A stretch of DNA of 64,000 nt from Escherichia coli 042 (GCF_000027125.1 NC_017626.1), one strand, 5' to 3'. Positions 9,874 to 19,945 are shown, numbered from the stretch's first letter. Notes: generated by a model from the letters alone, not told the origin. Translations and numbers: made by a program.

Positions 9874-9973
9874 ACTCTTCTTCCCGTCAATGGAAAAATT
9901 TTCACACCCATATTACCTGAATGATAAACCGGATTAGTGTGATCCGGTTCAGTGAAATCAACAGGATACCGGT

Positions 9974-10858
9974 ATGCCATTCAGCAATTCTTCCCTCTCC
10001 GCGCAAGTGAAATCATATCTGACGTTTCTTCCTGAAGAAATTCGCCAGAAAATCCTTGAACATCTCCACGGTGTTATTCATTACGAGCCCGTGATTGGCA
10101 TTATGGGTAAATCCGGCACCGGCAAAAGCAGTCTGTGTAATGCCATTTTTCAGTCCCGTATCTGCGCCACGCATCCCCTGAACGGCTGCACCCGCCAGGC
10201 TCATCGCCTCACCCTGCAGATTGGTGAACGCAGAATGACGCTGGTCGATCTGCCCGGCATTGGTGAGACACCGCAGCATGATCAGGAATACCGGGAGCTT
10301 TACCGTCAGTTACTGCCGGAACTGGATCTGATTATCTGGATCCTGCGGGCTGATGAACGTGCGTATGCTGCCGATATTGCCATGCATCAGTTTTTACTGA
10401 ATGAAGGTGCAGATCCCTCGCGTTTTCTGTTTGTTCTCAGCCATGCCGATCGCGTGTTTCCTGCTGAAGAATGGAATGCCACAGAAAAATGCCCATCCCG
10501 TCACCAGGAACTCTCACTGGCAACTGTTACAGCCTGGGTGGCAACCCTGTTCCCGTCATCATTTCCGGTACTCCCCGTTGCTGTGCCTGTCGGCTGGAAT
10601 CTTCCGGCGTTTGTGTCGCTGATGATCCACGCCCTGCCACCGCAGGCAACCAGTGCGGTTTATTCACATATCCGGGGGGAAAACCGCTCTGAACAGGCCC
10701 AGAAACACGCACAACAGACTTTTGGTGACGCCATCGGGAAAAGTTTTGACGACGCCGTTGCCCGGTTCACTTTTCCGGTCTGGATGTTACAGCTTCTGCG
10801 TAAAGCCCGGGACCGCATTATCCGCCTGCTGGAAACACTGTGGGATCGTCTGTTCTGA
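9974..10858 (+). CDS. YeeP/YfjP/YkfA-family GTPase (cryptic-prophage backbone)
   Basis: 294 aa; Walker A GIMGKSGTGKSS, DLPGIGE switch/Walker B-like motif; strong resemblance to K-12 YfjP/YeeP. Confidence 0.85.
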   Translation: MPFSNSSLSAQVKSYLTFLPEEIRQKILEHLHGVIHYEPVIGIMGKSGTGKSSLCNAIFQSRICATHPLNGCTRQAHRLTLQIGERRMTLVDLPGIGETPQHDQEYRELYRQLLPELDLIIWILRADERAYAADIAMHQFLLNEGADPSRFLFVLSHADRVFPAEEWNATEKCPSRHQELSLATVTAWVATLFPSSFPVLPVAVPVGWNLPAFVSLMIHALPPQATSAVYSHIRGENRSEQAQKHAQQTFGDAIGKSFDDAVARFTFPVWMLQLLRKARDRIIRLLETLWDRLF

Positions 10859-11060
10859 CACACTCACGCCGACAGGATGTGTCGCTGGATTAACGAGTAT
10901 TCTTCTTTTTATGAAATCATCATTAAAAATCAGATAATTAAAGGAATATTTTTTCTGCTGCATTTTATTCCTGATTATTCAGATACGACACATCCTTTCA
11001 ACACCATGAGGCATAATAACATCATGAAATAAAAGATGTTTTCTTACGGAGTACACATCT

Positions 11061-11741
11061 ATGTCTGATGATCGTTCCCGGCATGATCGTCTGGCGGTTC
11101 GCTTATCACTCATTATCAGCCGACTGATGGCCGGAGAATCTCTGTCACTAAAGACACTGTCAGATGAATTTGGCGTTACAGAACGTACTTTACAGCGCGA
11201 TTTTCATCAGCGTCTGGTTCACCTGGATTTAGAGTACAGAAATGGCAGGTACAGCCTCAGACGACAGAGCAGCCCGTGTGCGATCCCTGAAATGCTTTCT
11301 TTTATACAGAATACCGGGATCGCACGGATACTTCCGCTCCGGAACGGACGACTGATAACCTTTCTTACCGACAACCAGGAGCCCTCTCCCTGCCTTATCT
11401 GGCTGCCGGCGCCGGATATCACTGCAACGTTCCCCGAGTGTTTCTCGCAACTCATCCTGGCAATAAGACAGTGTATCCACATCTCTCTGATGACTGAGCG
11501 ATGGTATCCGTCACTGGAGCCCTGCCGGCTCATTTATTACAGCGGTAGCTGGTATCTGATCGCGTTACAGAAGGGAAAACTGCAGGTCTTTCCTCTGGCA
11601 GATATCAAATCAGTCAGCCTGACATCAGAACGGTTTGAACGGAGAGGCCACATCCACAGTCTGGTCGCTGAAGAGCGTTTTATCTCCGCCCTGCCACATT
11701 TCTCTTTCATCCATAAACTTATCAACACCTTTAACCTGTGA
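11061..11741 (+). CDS. HTH plus WYL-domain transcriptional regulator (YfjR-like)
   Basis: 226 aa; N-terminal HTH (LKTLSDEFGVTERTLQRDF), C-terminal WYL-type motif (SGSWYLIALQ). Confidence 0.65.
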   Translation: MSDDRSRHDRLAVRLSLIISRLMAGESLSLKTLSDEFGVTERTLQRDFHQRLVHLDLEYRNGRYSLRRQSSPCAIPEMLSFIQNTGIARILPLRNGRLITFLTDNQEPSPCLIWLPAPDITATFPECFSQLILAIRQCIHISLMTERWYPSLEPCRLIYYSGSWYLIALQKGKLQVFPLADIKSVSLTSERFERRGHIHSLVAEERFISALPHFSFIHKLINTFNL

Positions 11742-11888
11742 TCGCCGGCCTGCCAAAGCCGTCCCGACAGGTATGGAGACAATATGTTGAACAGAAAACT
11801 AAATATACGGCTACGTCATTCCCTGAACAGTCACTGCATACCTTCCATCATTATCAATAACACCGTACGTTCATTTCAGAGGTCAGTC

Positions 11889-12566
11889 ATGAATACCAGA
11901 GCTCTTTTTCCCCTGCTGTTCACTGTGGCATCATTCTCCGCCTCCGCCGGCAACTGGGCTGTCAAAAACGGCTGGTGTCAGACCATGACGGAAGATGGTC
12001 AGGCGCTGGTAATGCTGAAAAATGGCACGATTGGTATTACCGGCCTGATGCAGGGATGCCCGAATGGCGTACAGACGCTCCTGGGCAGCCGTATCAGTAT
12101 TAACGGTAACCTGATCCCCACATCACAAATGTGTAATCAGCAGACGGGATTCAGGGCTGTTGAGGTGGAAATCGGACAGGCGCCGGAAATGGTCAAAAAA
12201 GCCGTTCACTCCATAGCAGAGCGTGATGTGTCCGTTTTACAGGCATTTGGTGTACGAATGGAATTCACCCGCGGTGATATGCTGAAGGTCTGTCCGAAAT
12301 TTGTCACATCACTTGCCGGTTTTTCCCCGAAACAGACGACCACTATTAATAAAGACTCCGTCCTGCAGGCTGCCCGGCAGGCATACGCCCGGGAATATGA
12401 CGAGGAAACAACAGAAACCGCTGATTTTGGCTCTTACGAAGTAAAAGGCAATAAGGTTGAGTTTGAAGTATTCAATCCTGAAGACCGTGCGTACGACAAA
12501 GTGACCGTCACGGTTGGTGCTGACGGTAATGCCACCAGTGCCAGCGTTGAATTTATCGGAAAATAG
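11889..12566 (+). CDS. exported hypothetical protein (signal peptide), island backbone
   Basis: Start taken at [20 protein letters not shown] (signal-peptide-like) rather than the ORF-track start at 11784. Confidence 0.5.
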   Translation: MNTRALFPLLFTVASFSASAGNWAVKNGWCQTMTEDGQALVMLKNGTIGITGLMQGCPNGVQTLLGSRISINGNLIPTSQMCNQQTGFRAVEVEIGQAPEMVKKAVHSIAERDVSVLQAFGVRMEFTRGDMLKVCPKFVTSLAGFSPKQTTTINKDSVLQAARQAYAREYDEETTETADFGSYEVKGNKVEFEVFNPEDRAYDKVTVTVGADGNATSASVEFIGK

Positions 12567-12571
12567 CCGGT

Positions 12572-12805
12572 ATGTCGGACTGTCACCCTGTTTTATTGCC
12601 CGAAGGCCCTTTCTCACGCAAACAGGCAATGGCTGCCACAACAGCTTACCGCAATGTGCTTATTGAAGATGACCATGGAACGCATTTCCTGCTGGTTATC
12701 CGCAATGCCGAAGGGCAGCTACGCTGGCGGTGCTGGAATTTTGAGTCTGACGCCGGAAAACAGCTAAATTCGTACCTCGCCAGTGAGGGAATTCTCAGGC
12801 AATAA
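12572..12805 (+). CDS. small hypothetical protein (77 aa)
   Basis: Short ORF in operon-like array with neighbours; no motif recognised. Confidence 0.35.
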   Translation: MSDCHPVLLPEGPFSRKQAMAATTAYRNVLIEDDHGTHFLLVIRNAEGQLRWRCWNFESDAGKQLNSYLASEGILRQ

Positions 12806-12894
12806 ACGTCTTCATTTCATCCATCAGGCCGCGTCTTCTCCGGGAGACGCGGCCTTTTCGTTTATACCGCTAATTCATTCATAAGGAGCAAAGT

Positions 12895-13713
12895 ATGCAA
12901 TTAGCCAGTCGTTTTGGTCATGTAAATCAGATCCGTCGGGAGCGCCCACTGACACGCGAAGAACTGATGTACCACGTCCCGAGTATTTTTGGAGAAGACC
13001 GGCACACCTCCCGCAGTGAACGGTATGCGTACATTCCCACCATCACCGTCCTGGAAAATCTGCAGCGGGAAGGCTTTCAGCCGTTCTTCGCCTGCCAGAC
13101 CCGTGTGCGCGACCAGAGCCGCCGGGAATATACCAAACATATGCTGCGTCTGCGGCGGGCCGGACAGATAACCGGTCAGCATGTGCCTGAAATTATTCTG
13201 CTCAACTCTCATGACGGTACCTCCAGCTACCAGATGCTGCCGGGTTACTTCAGGTTCGTCTGCCAGAACGGATGCGTCTGTGGTCAGTCTCTGGGGGAAG
13301 TGCGTGTTCCGCACCGGGGAAATGTGGTGGACAGAGTCATTGAAGGGGCTTACGAGGTGGTGGGGGTTTTTGACCGGATTGAGGAAAAGCGTGATGCCAT
13401 GCAGTCGCTGATTCTGCCGCCACCGGCACGCCAGGCGCTGGCACAGGCGGCACTGACTTACCGTTATGGTGACGAACATCAGCCCGTCACCACCGCCGAC
13501 ATTCTGACGCCACGACGCCGGGAGGATTACGGTAAGGACCTGTGGAGTGCTTATCAGACCATTCAGGAGAATATGCTGAAAGGCGGAATTTCAGGTCGCA
13601 GCGCTAAAGGAAAACGTATCCATACCCGTGCCATTCACAGCATTGACACTGACATTAAGCTCAATCGTGCATTGTGGGTGATGGCAGAAACACTGCTGAA
13701 GAGTATGCGCTGA
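12895..13713 (+). CDS. DUF932 / UPF0380 family protein (YfjQ/YafZ-like)
   Basis: 272 aa; matches remembered YafZ/YfjQ cryptic-prophage proteins (ILLNSHDGTSSYQ, YRFVCQNG). Confidence 0.7.
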   Translation: MQLASRFGHVNQIRRERPLTREELMYHVPSIFGEDRHTSRSERYAYIPTITVLENLQREGFQPFFACQTRVRDQSRREYTKHMLRLRRAGQITGQHVPEIILLNSHDGTSSYQMLPGYFRFVCQNGCVCGQSLGEVRVPHRGNVVDRVIEGAYEVVGVFDRIEEKRDAMQSLILPPPARQALAQAALTYRYGDEHQPVTTADILTPRRREDYGKDLWSAYQTIQENMLKGGISGRSAKGKRIHTRAIHSIDTDIKLNRALWVMAETLLKSMR

Positions 13714-13803
13714 TGCCTTTTCCCTGAAAGCGCAGTTCTGACTCATGTCCGTCCCTGCCCCGCGACTTCTTCCATTCATTTACTTTTTATAAGGAATAAT
13801 CTC

Positions 13804-14289
13804 ATGACAACCGTTTCGCATAATTCCACCACACCTTCTGTTTCCGTAACCGCTGTATCAGAGAATAACCCGCCTCAACTGGTTGCCACCCTCGTCCCTG
13901 ATGAACAGCGCATCAGCTTCTGGCCGCAGCACTTTGGCCTCATTCCACAGTGGGTGACCCTGGAGCCCCGTGTCTTCGGCTGGATGGACCGTCTGTGCGA
14001 AGACTACTGCGGTGGTATCTGGAATCTGTACACCCTGAACAACGGCGGGGCATTTATGGCACCCGAACCGGATGACGATGATGACGAAACATGGGTACTG
14101 TTCAATGCCATGAACGGTAACCGCGCTGAAATGAGTCCGGAAGCTGCCGGCATTGCTGCCTGTCTGATGACGTACAGTCATCATGCCTGTCGTACGGAGT
14201 GTTATGCCATGACGGTCCATTATTACCGGCTGCGGGATTACGCCCTGCAGCATCCGGAATGCAGCGCCATTATGCGCATCATCGACTGA
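13804..14289 (+). CDS. antirestriction protein (YfjX/YafX, ArdB/KlcA-like)
   Basis: 161 aa; acidic DDDDDE patch, conserved position upstream of RadC-like gene as in CP4 elements. Confidence 0.7.
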   Translation: MTTVSHNSTTPSVSVTAVSENNPPQLVATLVPDEQRISFWPQHFGLIPQWVTLEPRVFGWMDRLCEDYCGGIWNLYTLNNGGAFMAPEPDDDDDETWVLFNAMNGNRAEMSPEAAGIAACLMTYSHHACRTECYAMTVHYYRLRDYALQHPECSAIMRIID

Positions 14290-14304
14290 ATGGAGAGAAG
14301 TACA

Positions 14305-14781
14305 ATGCAACAGCTTTCCTTTCTGCCCGGAGAGATGACGCCCGGCGAGCGCAGCCTCATTCAACGGGCCCTGAAAACCCTGGACCGCCATCTTCATGAA
14401 CCCGGCGTGGCCTTCACCTCCACCCGTGCGGCACGAGAATGGCTGATTCTGAACATGGCGGGACTGGAGCGTGAAGAGTTCCGGGTGCTGTATCTGAACA
14501 ACCAGAATCAGCTGATTGCCGGTGAAACCCTCTTCACCGGCACCATCAACCGCACGGAAGTCCATCCCCGTGAAGTGATTAAACGCGCCCTGTATCACAA
14601 TGCCGCTGCTGTGGTGCTGGCACACAATCACCCGTCCGGTGAAGTCACACCCAGCAAGGCAGACCGCCTTATCACGGAACGTCTGGTACAGGCACTGGGC
14701 CTGGTGGATATCCGGGTGCCGGACCATCTGATAGTCGGTGGCAGCCAGGTTTTCTCCTTTGCCGAACATGGTCTGCTTTAA
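14305..14781 (+). CDS. RadC-like JAB/MPN-domain protein (YeeS/YfjY/YkfG family)
   Basis: Start at MQQLSF; JAMM motif HNHPSG present; near-identical to remembered K-12 YeeS. Confidence 0.85.
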   Translation: MQQLSFLPGEMTPGERSLIQRALKTLDRHLHEPGVAFTSTRAAREWLILNMAGLEREEFRVLYLNNQNQLIAGETLFTGTINRTEVHPREVIKRALYHNAAAVVLAHNHPSGEVTPSKADRLITERLVQALGLVDIRVPDHLIVGGSQVFSFAEHGLL

Positions 14782-14843
14782 CCCGTCACAACCACATCAC
14801 ACCTGTTTTCACTTTTATCTTCTGTCTTCAGAGGTATCACACT

Positions 14844-15065
14844 ATGAAAATCATCACCCGTGGTGAAGCCATGCGTATTCACCAACAACATCCGACATCC
14901 CGTCTTTTTCCGTTCTGTACCGGTAAATACCGCTGGCACGGCAGTGCTGAGGCGTATACCGGTCGTGAAGTGCAGGATATTCCCGGTGTGCTGGCCGTGT
15001 TTGCTGAACGCCGTAAGGACAGTTTTGGTCCGTATGTCCGGCTGATGAGCGTCACCCTGAACTGA
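14844..15065 (+). CDS. YeeT/DUF987 family protein
   Basis: 73 aa MKIITRGEAMRIHQQHP...; conserved position before cbeA. Confidence 0.75.
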   Translation: MKIITRGEAMRIHQQHPTSRLFPFCTGKYRWHGSAEAYTGREVQDIPGVLAVFAERRKDSFGPYVRLMSVTLN

Positions 15066-15144
15066 GTCTGGAAGGGAATTCTGATGAGCAGAATTATCGC
15101 CACTACCGGACCATTCTTAACCGATTTTCTGTGAGGACTTTATC

Positions 15145-15522
15145 GTGTCAGACACACTCCCCGGGACAACGCCTCCCGACGACAATCACGACCGCCCCTG
15201 GTGGGGGCTGCCCTGCACCGTGACGCCCTGTTTCGGGGCCCGACTGGTACAGGAGGGTAACCGCCTGCATTACCTTGCAGACCGCGCCGGTATCAGAGGC
15301 AGGTTCAGCGACGTAGATGCGTACCACCTGGACCAGGCCTTTCCGCTGCTGATGAAACAACTGGAACTCATGCTCACCGGCGGTGAACTGAATCCCCGCC
15401 ATCAGCATACCGTCACACTGTATGCGAAAGGGCTGACCTGCGAAGCCGACACCCTCGGCTCCTGTGGTTACGTTTATCTGGCTGTTTATCCGACACCGGC
15501 AGCGCCCGCAACCACCGTATAA
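15145..15522 (+). CDS. cbeA: type IV antitoxin CbeA (YeeU family)
   Basis: MSDTLPGTTPPDDNHDRPWWGLPCTVTPCFGARLVQEGNRLHYLADRAG matches YeeU/CbeA. Confidence 0.85.
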   Translation: MSDTLPGTTPPDDNHDRPWWGLPCTVTPCFGARLVQEGNRLHYLADRAGIRGRFSDVDAYHLDQAFPLLMKQLELMLTGGELNPRHQHTVTLYAKGLTCEADTLGSCGYVYLAVYPTPAAPATTV

Positions 15523-15568
15523 CACCGGATATCTCCCCTTTATCACCACCTGTTACAGAGAACTTAAG

Positions 15569-15946
15569 ATGAATACATTACCCGACACTCACGTACGGGA
15601 GGCATCGGGCTGCCCGTCTCCCATCACCATCTGGCAGACACTGCTCACCCGACTGCTGGACCAGCACTATGGCCTCACGCTGAATGACACACCGTTCGCT
15701 GATGAACGTGTGATTGAGCAGCATATTGAGGCAGGGATTTCACTGTGTGACGCGGTGAACTTTCTCGTTGAAAAATACGCGCTGGTACGTACCGACCAGC
15801 CGGGATTCAGCGCAGGAGCCCCGTCGCAGTTAATCAACAGCATTGATATTCTCCGGGCACGCCGGGCAACCGGCCTGATGACCCGCGATAACTACAGAAC
15901 GGTAAATAACATTACCCGGGGGAAGCATCCGGAAGCGAAACAATGA
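15569..15946 (+). CDS. cbtA: type IV toxin CbtA (YeeV family; cytoskeleton-targeting)
   Basis: Start at MNTLPDTHV; LLDQHYGLTLNDTPFADERVIEQHIEAGISLCDAVNFLVEKYALVRTDQPGFSA matches YeeV/CbtA. ORF-track start at 15464 is an upstream GTG extension. Confidence 0.85.
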   Translation: MNTLPDTHVREASGCPSPITIWQTLLTRLLDQHYGLTLNDTPFADERVIEQHIEAGISLCDAVNFLVEKYALVRTDQPGFSAGAPSQLINSIDILRARRATGLMTRDNYRTVNNITRGKHPEAKQ

Positions 15947-16431
15947 AACTGGCCCTGACGCTGGAAGCCGACAGCATTAACGTGCAGGCACTGAACATGG
16001 GGCGCATTGTCGTTGACGTCGATGGTGTTAATCTCGCTGAACTGTTTAATAAAGTCGCGGAAAATGGTTATTCACTCCGCGTGGTGGAGGAATCCGACCA
16101 ACAGTCAACCTGCACACTACCACCGTTTGCAACCCTTGCCGGCATACGCTGCAGTACCGCACATATCACGGAAAAGGATAACGCCTGGCTGTACTCGCTG
16201 TCACACCAGACCAGTGACTTCGGTGAATCAGAATGGATTCATTTCACAGGTAGCGGATATCTGTTACGTACCGATGCGTGGTCATATCCGGTTCTGCGGC
16301 TTAAACGCCTGGGGCTGTCAAAAACGTTCCGTCGTCTGGTTGTCACACTCATCCAACGTTATGGCGTCAGTCTCATTCATCTGGATGCCAGCGCTGAATG
16401 TCTGCCGGACCTGCCCACTTTCGACTGGTAA
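15943..16431 (+). CDS. YeeW-like protein
   Basis: 162 aa immediately after cbtA with 4-bp overlap, as for yeeW in CP4-44. Confidence 0.55.
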   Translation: MKLALTLEADSINVQALNMGRIVVDVDGVNLAELFNKVAENGYSLRVVEESDQQSTCTLPPFATLAGIRCSTAHITEKDNAWLYSLSHQTSDFGESEWIHFTGSGYLLRTDAWSYPVLRLKRLGLSKTFRRLVVTLIQRYGVSLIHLDASAECLPDLPTFDW

Positions 16432-16442
16432 CCAGGAACAAC

Positions 16443-16640
16443 ATGAAATCATTAACCACGGAAACCGCACTGGATATTCTGATTGCGTGGCTACAGGACA
16501 ATATCGACTGCGAATCGGGAATTATCTTTGACAACGATGAGGATAGAACGGATTCGGCAGCACTGTTGCCCTGTATCGAACAGGCCAGAGAGGATGTCCG
16601 TACCCTGCGTCAGCTGCAGTTTCTGCAACAGAACCGGTGA
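16443..16640 (+). CDS. small hypothetical protein
   Basis: Start at MKSLTTET; acidic 65 aa ORF. Confidence 0.3.
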   Translation: MKSLTTETALDILIAWLQDNIDCESGIIFDNDEDRTDSAALLPCIEQAREDVRTLRQLQFLQQNR

Positions 16641-16724
16641 GTCTTACTCACCAGACTTCATTCCACTGACGCCAGCCTGAATACGGCTGGCGTTTTCGTT
16701 TATCTGCAAAAAGGAATATCGATT

Positions 16725-17567
16725 ATGTCTGAAATCACAGCCTCTCGTCCGGAAGTGGTCAACGGGCATACGGACGTTATCTGCTCAACCAGTATCCGCC
16801 ACATTCTGGCTGTACGAAAGAGTACATTGCTGCAAATCGACACACTTATCCGACAACTGGCTGAAATATCAGCAATAACAGAAAGTATTAGAGGTAAAAC
16901 GGCTCTGGACTGGGCCATGAAACAGGATTTTCGCTGCGGTTGCTGGCTGATGGAGAAACCGGAAACCGCAATGAAAGCCATCACACGCAATCTTGATCGC
17001 GAACTCTGGCGTGATCTGATGCAACGTTCCGGGATGCTGAGTCTGATGGATGCGCAGACCCGGGACACATGGTACAGGTCACTGGAATATGATAATTTTC
17101 CGGAAATCAGCGAAGCGAACATTCTGAGCACATTTGAACAACTGCACCAGAACAAAGATGAAGTGTTTGAACGGGGAGTGATCAACGTCTTCAAAGGGCT
17201 GAGCTGGGATTACAAAACCAACTCACCCTGTAAATTTGGCAGTAAAATTATCGTCAACAACCTGGTGAGGTGGGACCGGTGGGGGTTTCATCTTATCACC
17301 GGGCAACAGACTGACCGACTCGTCGACCTGGAAAGAATGCTACATCTGTTCAGCGGCAAACCGATCCCCGACAACCGGGAAAACATCACTATTCGTCTGG
17401 ATGGTCACATCCAGTCCGTTCAGGGTAAAGAGCGCTATGAAGACGAGATGTTCATCATTAAATACTTTAAGAAGGGATCTGCACACATCACTTTCAAAAG
17501 GCTGGAACTGATTGACAGAATTAACGATATAATAGCCAGGTACTTTCCTTCTGTGCTCTCAGCCTGA
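16725..17567 (+). CDS. hypothetical protein (DUF4942-like, common at the end of CP4-like elements)
   Basis: 280 aa; AAGGAA ribosome-binding site before ATG; family assignment from memory only. Confidence 0.5.
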   Translation: MSEITASRPEVVNGHTDVICSTSIRHILAVRKSTLLQIDTLIRQLAEISAITESIRGKTALDWAMKQDFRCGCWLMEKPETAMKAITRNLDRELWRDLMQRSGMLSLMDAQTRDTWYRSLEYDNFPEISEANILSTFEQLHQNKDEVFERGVINVFKGLSWDYKTNSPCKFGSKIIVNNLVRWDRWGFHLITGQQTDRLVDLERMLHLFSGKPIPDNRENITIRLDGHIQSVQGKERYEDEMFIIKYFKKGSAHITFKRLELIDRINDIIARYFPSVLSA

Positions 17568-17712
17568 TCCCGAGTGTGATTCCCTTTCGATATCAAAAGG
17601 GACTGCGGGTATAATTGAGGGTACATTTTTAATCAAACCAAACAAATTGCATTAATATCAATATGATAAAAGAAATTTTCGATTCCGAGTCCGGCACCAC
17701 TAATTCTTAAGA

Positions 17713-17737
17713 ACCCGCCCACAAGGCGGGTTTTTGC
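17713..17737 (+). terminator. rho-independent terminator candidate
   Basis: CCCGCC / CACA / AGGCGGG hairpin followed by TTTTTGCTTTTGG. Confidence 0.45.
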
Positions 17738-17906
17738 TTTTGGATCTTTATATAAAATAAACTTGGGAGCATAACGCCATCAGGTCTTAAACACTCCCGA
17801 ATCATCAATAAACATCCCCCGCTAACAAAACACAGTTCAGTTCACATAACATCCCTGTTATCCCACACATATCTGCTGGCCGAACGACGCCAGTGCGCGT
17901 ACGGAG

Positions 17907-18080
17907 GCAAGAGCAGCCCTGCACATGGCAGCGCTTGTGGTAACCTGGTTTAATCCGGTGAAAGAGGCGTTTTACATGCATCTGCCAGCAGCCGGAAAAA
18001 CCAAAAAAGTGGCGCTGGTTGACTGTATGCGTAAATTGCTGACCATCCTGAACGCAATGCTCAGAAAGAACGAAGAGTGA
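17907..18080 (+). pseudogene. IS110-family transposase, C-terminal fragment only
   Basis: Translation ...AALHMAALVVTWFNPVKEAFYMHLPAAGKTKKVALVDCMRKLLTILNAMLRKNEE* matches the conserved C-terminus of IS110-family transposases; no upstream catalytic domain. Confidence 0.55.
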
Positions 18081-18099
18081 AATGAATCGTAGCATCATG

Positions 18100-18890
18100 T
18101 TGCTCCATAATTTTTACGTTCAAGACAGTTGATTATCGGCGCATATGACTCAAAAAGAGCCTGATGATTGCCTCTTTTCCATAGGCTCTTTCTCTGAAGT
18201 GAAGGAAGGCCCGGAAGAAAGCACTCGCTGGCATACGTGACTCCAGCTCAACCGGAGATAATCACCATTGTTATTTTTCTATTTAATAATAATCTCCTGA
18301 AAAATAGATATAGCAAAAATACAATCCGGCCAGATTTAATTCCGCATTCATTACCAGAAATAATCAACACCACAACTATCATATCATTCAATAGTCACCG
18401 CTAAAATTTTATTATCTTCCTCTTCTTTACATAGAAATTGTCAACCTGTTTATTATGCCGCACTTAAATAGTTAATCACAAAACAACATCACCATTATTT
18501 GCGTGTTTTATTTATTAATAACATAGTCATACGTTCTTTTTTTACAAGGAAATAATCAATTGATAAATTGTTTTTGGTCTTAATAGTCAAGTAGGAAACA
18601 TTTTAATAAATGATAAAAATCCTAAATTCCTTGTTCATAATGTAGGGGTGTGTTAAATAGGTGGGCAAAATTTGGTTCCCCTTCTCGCCTGTAATATTGC
18701 AGCATCTTCGCACCTCCATGAGACATTGCGACTTAATAAGAAGGTGATAAGTCCTGCATATAAGCATGGACTGACCATGGTTTTATATTCATTAAAAATT
18801 TTGTTACAACCCATTGATTTAGCATAAATAAATTATAGTGGGTTCGGGTTTGTTGTGACTGTGGCATTATTTCCGTGCAAAGGAGCTGAT
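18100..18890 (+). promoter_or_regulatory. kps region 1 promoter region upstream of kpsF
   Basis: About 0.8 kb AT-rich non-coding leader before kpsF. Position only; no individual sites mapped. Confidence 0.4.
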
Positions 18891-19874
18891 ATGTCTGAAA
18901 GACATTTACCTGATGACCAGAGCAGTACTATCGATCCATATCTAATTACCTCTGTTCGCCAGACTCTGGCAGAACAAGGCGCAGCATTACAAAACTTGTC
19001 TAAACAACTGGATTCCGGGCAGTACCAGCGTGTCCTTAATTTGATAATGAACTGTAAAGGTCACGTTATTCTTTCGGGAATGGGTAAATCAGGGCATGTC
19101 GGTCGTAAAATGTCAGCGACGCTGGCCTCTACGGGTACGCCTAGTTTCTTTATTCATCCTGCAGAAGCTTTCCATGGCGATCTGGGCATGATTACGCCTT
19201 ACGATCTTCTGATCCTTATTTCTGCCAGCGGTGAAACGGATGAAATCCTCAAGCTAGTTCCTTCACTGAAAAATTTCGGCAACCGAATTATCGCCATTAC
19301 CAATAATGGAAATTCCACGCTGGCGAAAAATGCTGATGCCGTGCTGGAACTCCACATGGCGAATGAAACCTGCCCGAATAATCTTGCACCAACAACGTCT
19401 ACCACGCTGACGATGGCGATCGGCGATGCGCTGGCGATTGCCATGATCCACCAACGCAAATTTATGCCGAATGATTTTGCGCGCTATCACCCGGGCGGTT
19501 CATTAGGTCGTCGCCTGCTGACCCGCGTTGCTGATGTCATGCTGCATGATGTTCCTGCTGTACAGCTGGATGCGTCATTTAAAACCGTGATTCAACGTAT
19601 CACCAGCGGATGCCAGGGAATGGTGATGGTAGAAGACGCAGAAGGTGGGCTAGCGGGCATTATCACCGACGGTGACCTGCGTCGCTTTATGGAAAAAGAG
19701 GATTCTCTGACATCCGCCACGGCTGCGCAGATGATGACACGTGAACCGCTGACGCTACCGGAAGACACCATGATCATTGAAGCGGAAGAAAAAATGCAAA
19801 AGCACCGCGTCTCAACGTTATTGGTGACCAACAAGGCAAATAAAGTCACTGGCCTTGTGCGCATTTTCGACTAA
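18891..19874 (+). CDS. kpsF: arabinose-5-phosphate isomerase KpsF (SIS plus CBS domains)
   Basis: Start at ATG 18891 after AAGGAG; 327 aa; GMGKSGHVGRK SIS motif. Confidence 0.9.
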   Translation: MSERHLPDDQSSTIDPYLITSVRQTLAEQGAALQNLSKQLDSGQYQRVLNLIMNCKGHVILSGMGKSGHVGRKMSATLASTGTPSFFIHPAEAFHGDLGMITPYDLLILISASGETDEILKLVPSLKNFGNRIIAITNNGNSTLAKNADAVLELHMANETCPNNLAPTTSTTLTMAIGDALAIAMIHQRKFMPNDFARYHPGGSLGRRLLTRVADVMLHDVPAVQLDASFKTVIQRITSGCQGMVMVEDAEGGLAGIITDGDLRRFMEKEDSLTSATAAQMMTREPLTLPEDTMIIEAEEKMQKHRVSTLLVTNKANKVTGLVRIFD

Positions 19875-19945
19875 TTAAGCAACGGGGTGCGAGAGGTTAG
19901 TCTCTCATTGAGTTTGCGCCCCACTGAAACTTTGATAATCGTTAC

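Noticed and set aside
12901..13479. 192 aa minus-strand ORF antisense to the DUF932 gene
   Set aside because: Overlaps a family-matched + strand gene; no start-site support.
13858..14769. 303 aa minus-strand ORF spanning the antirestriction and RadC-like genes
   Set aside because: The + strand genes match known families closely (HNHPSG JAMM motif and others); the antisense frame is a GC-rich artefact.
15464..15568. Upstream extension of cbtA from the ORF track
   Set aside because: Would overlap the cbeA 3' end; the ATG at 15569 gives the canonical CbtA N-terminus.
17805..18098. 97 aa minus-strand ORF
   Set aside because: Overlaps the IS110-family transposase C-terminal fragment, which is readable on the + strand; the minus frame has no recognisable features.
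18855..18890. Upstream GTG start for kpsF (MTVALFPCKGAD...)
   Set aside because: The ATG at 18891 is preceded by AAGGAG and gives the expected 327 aa KpsF.
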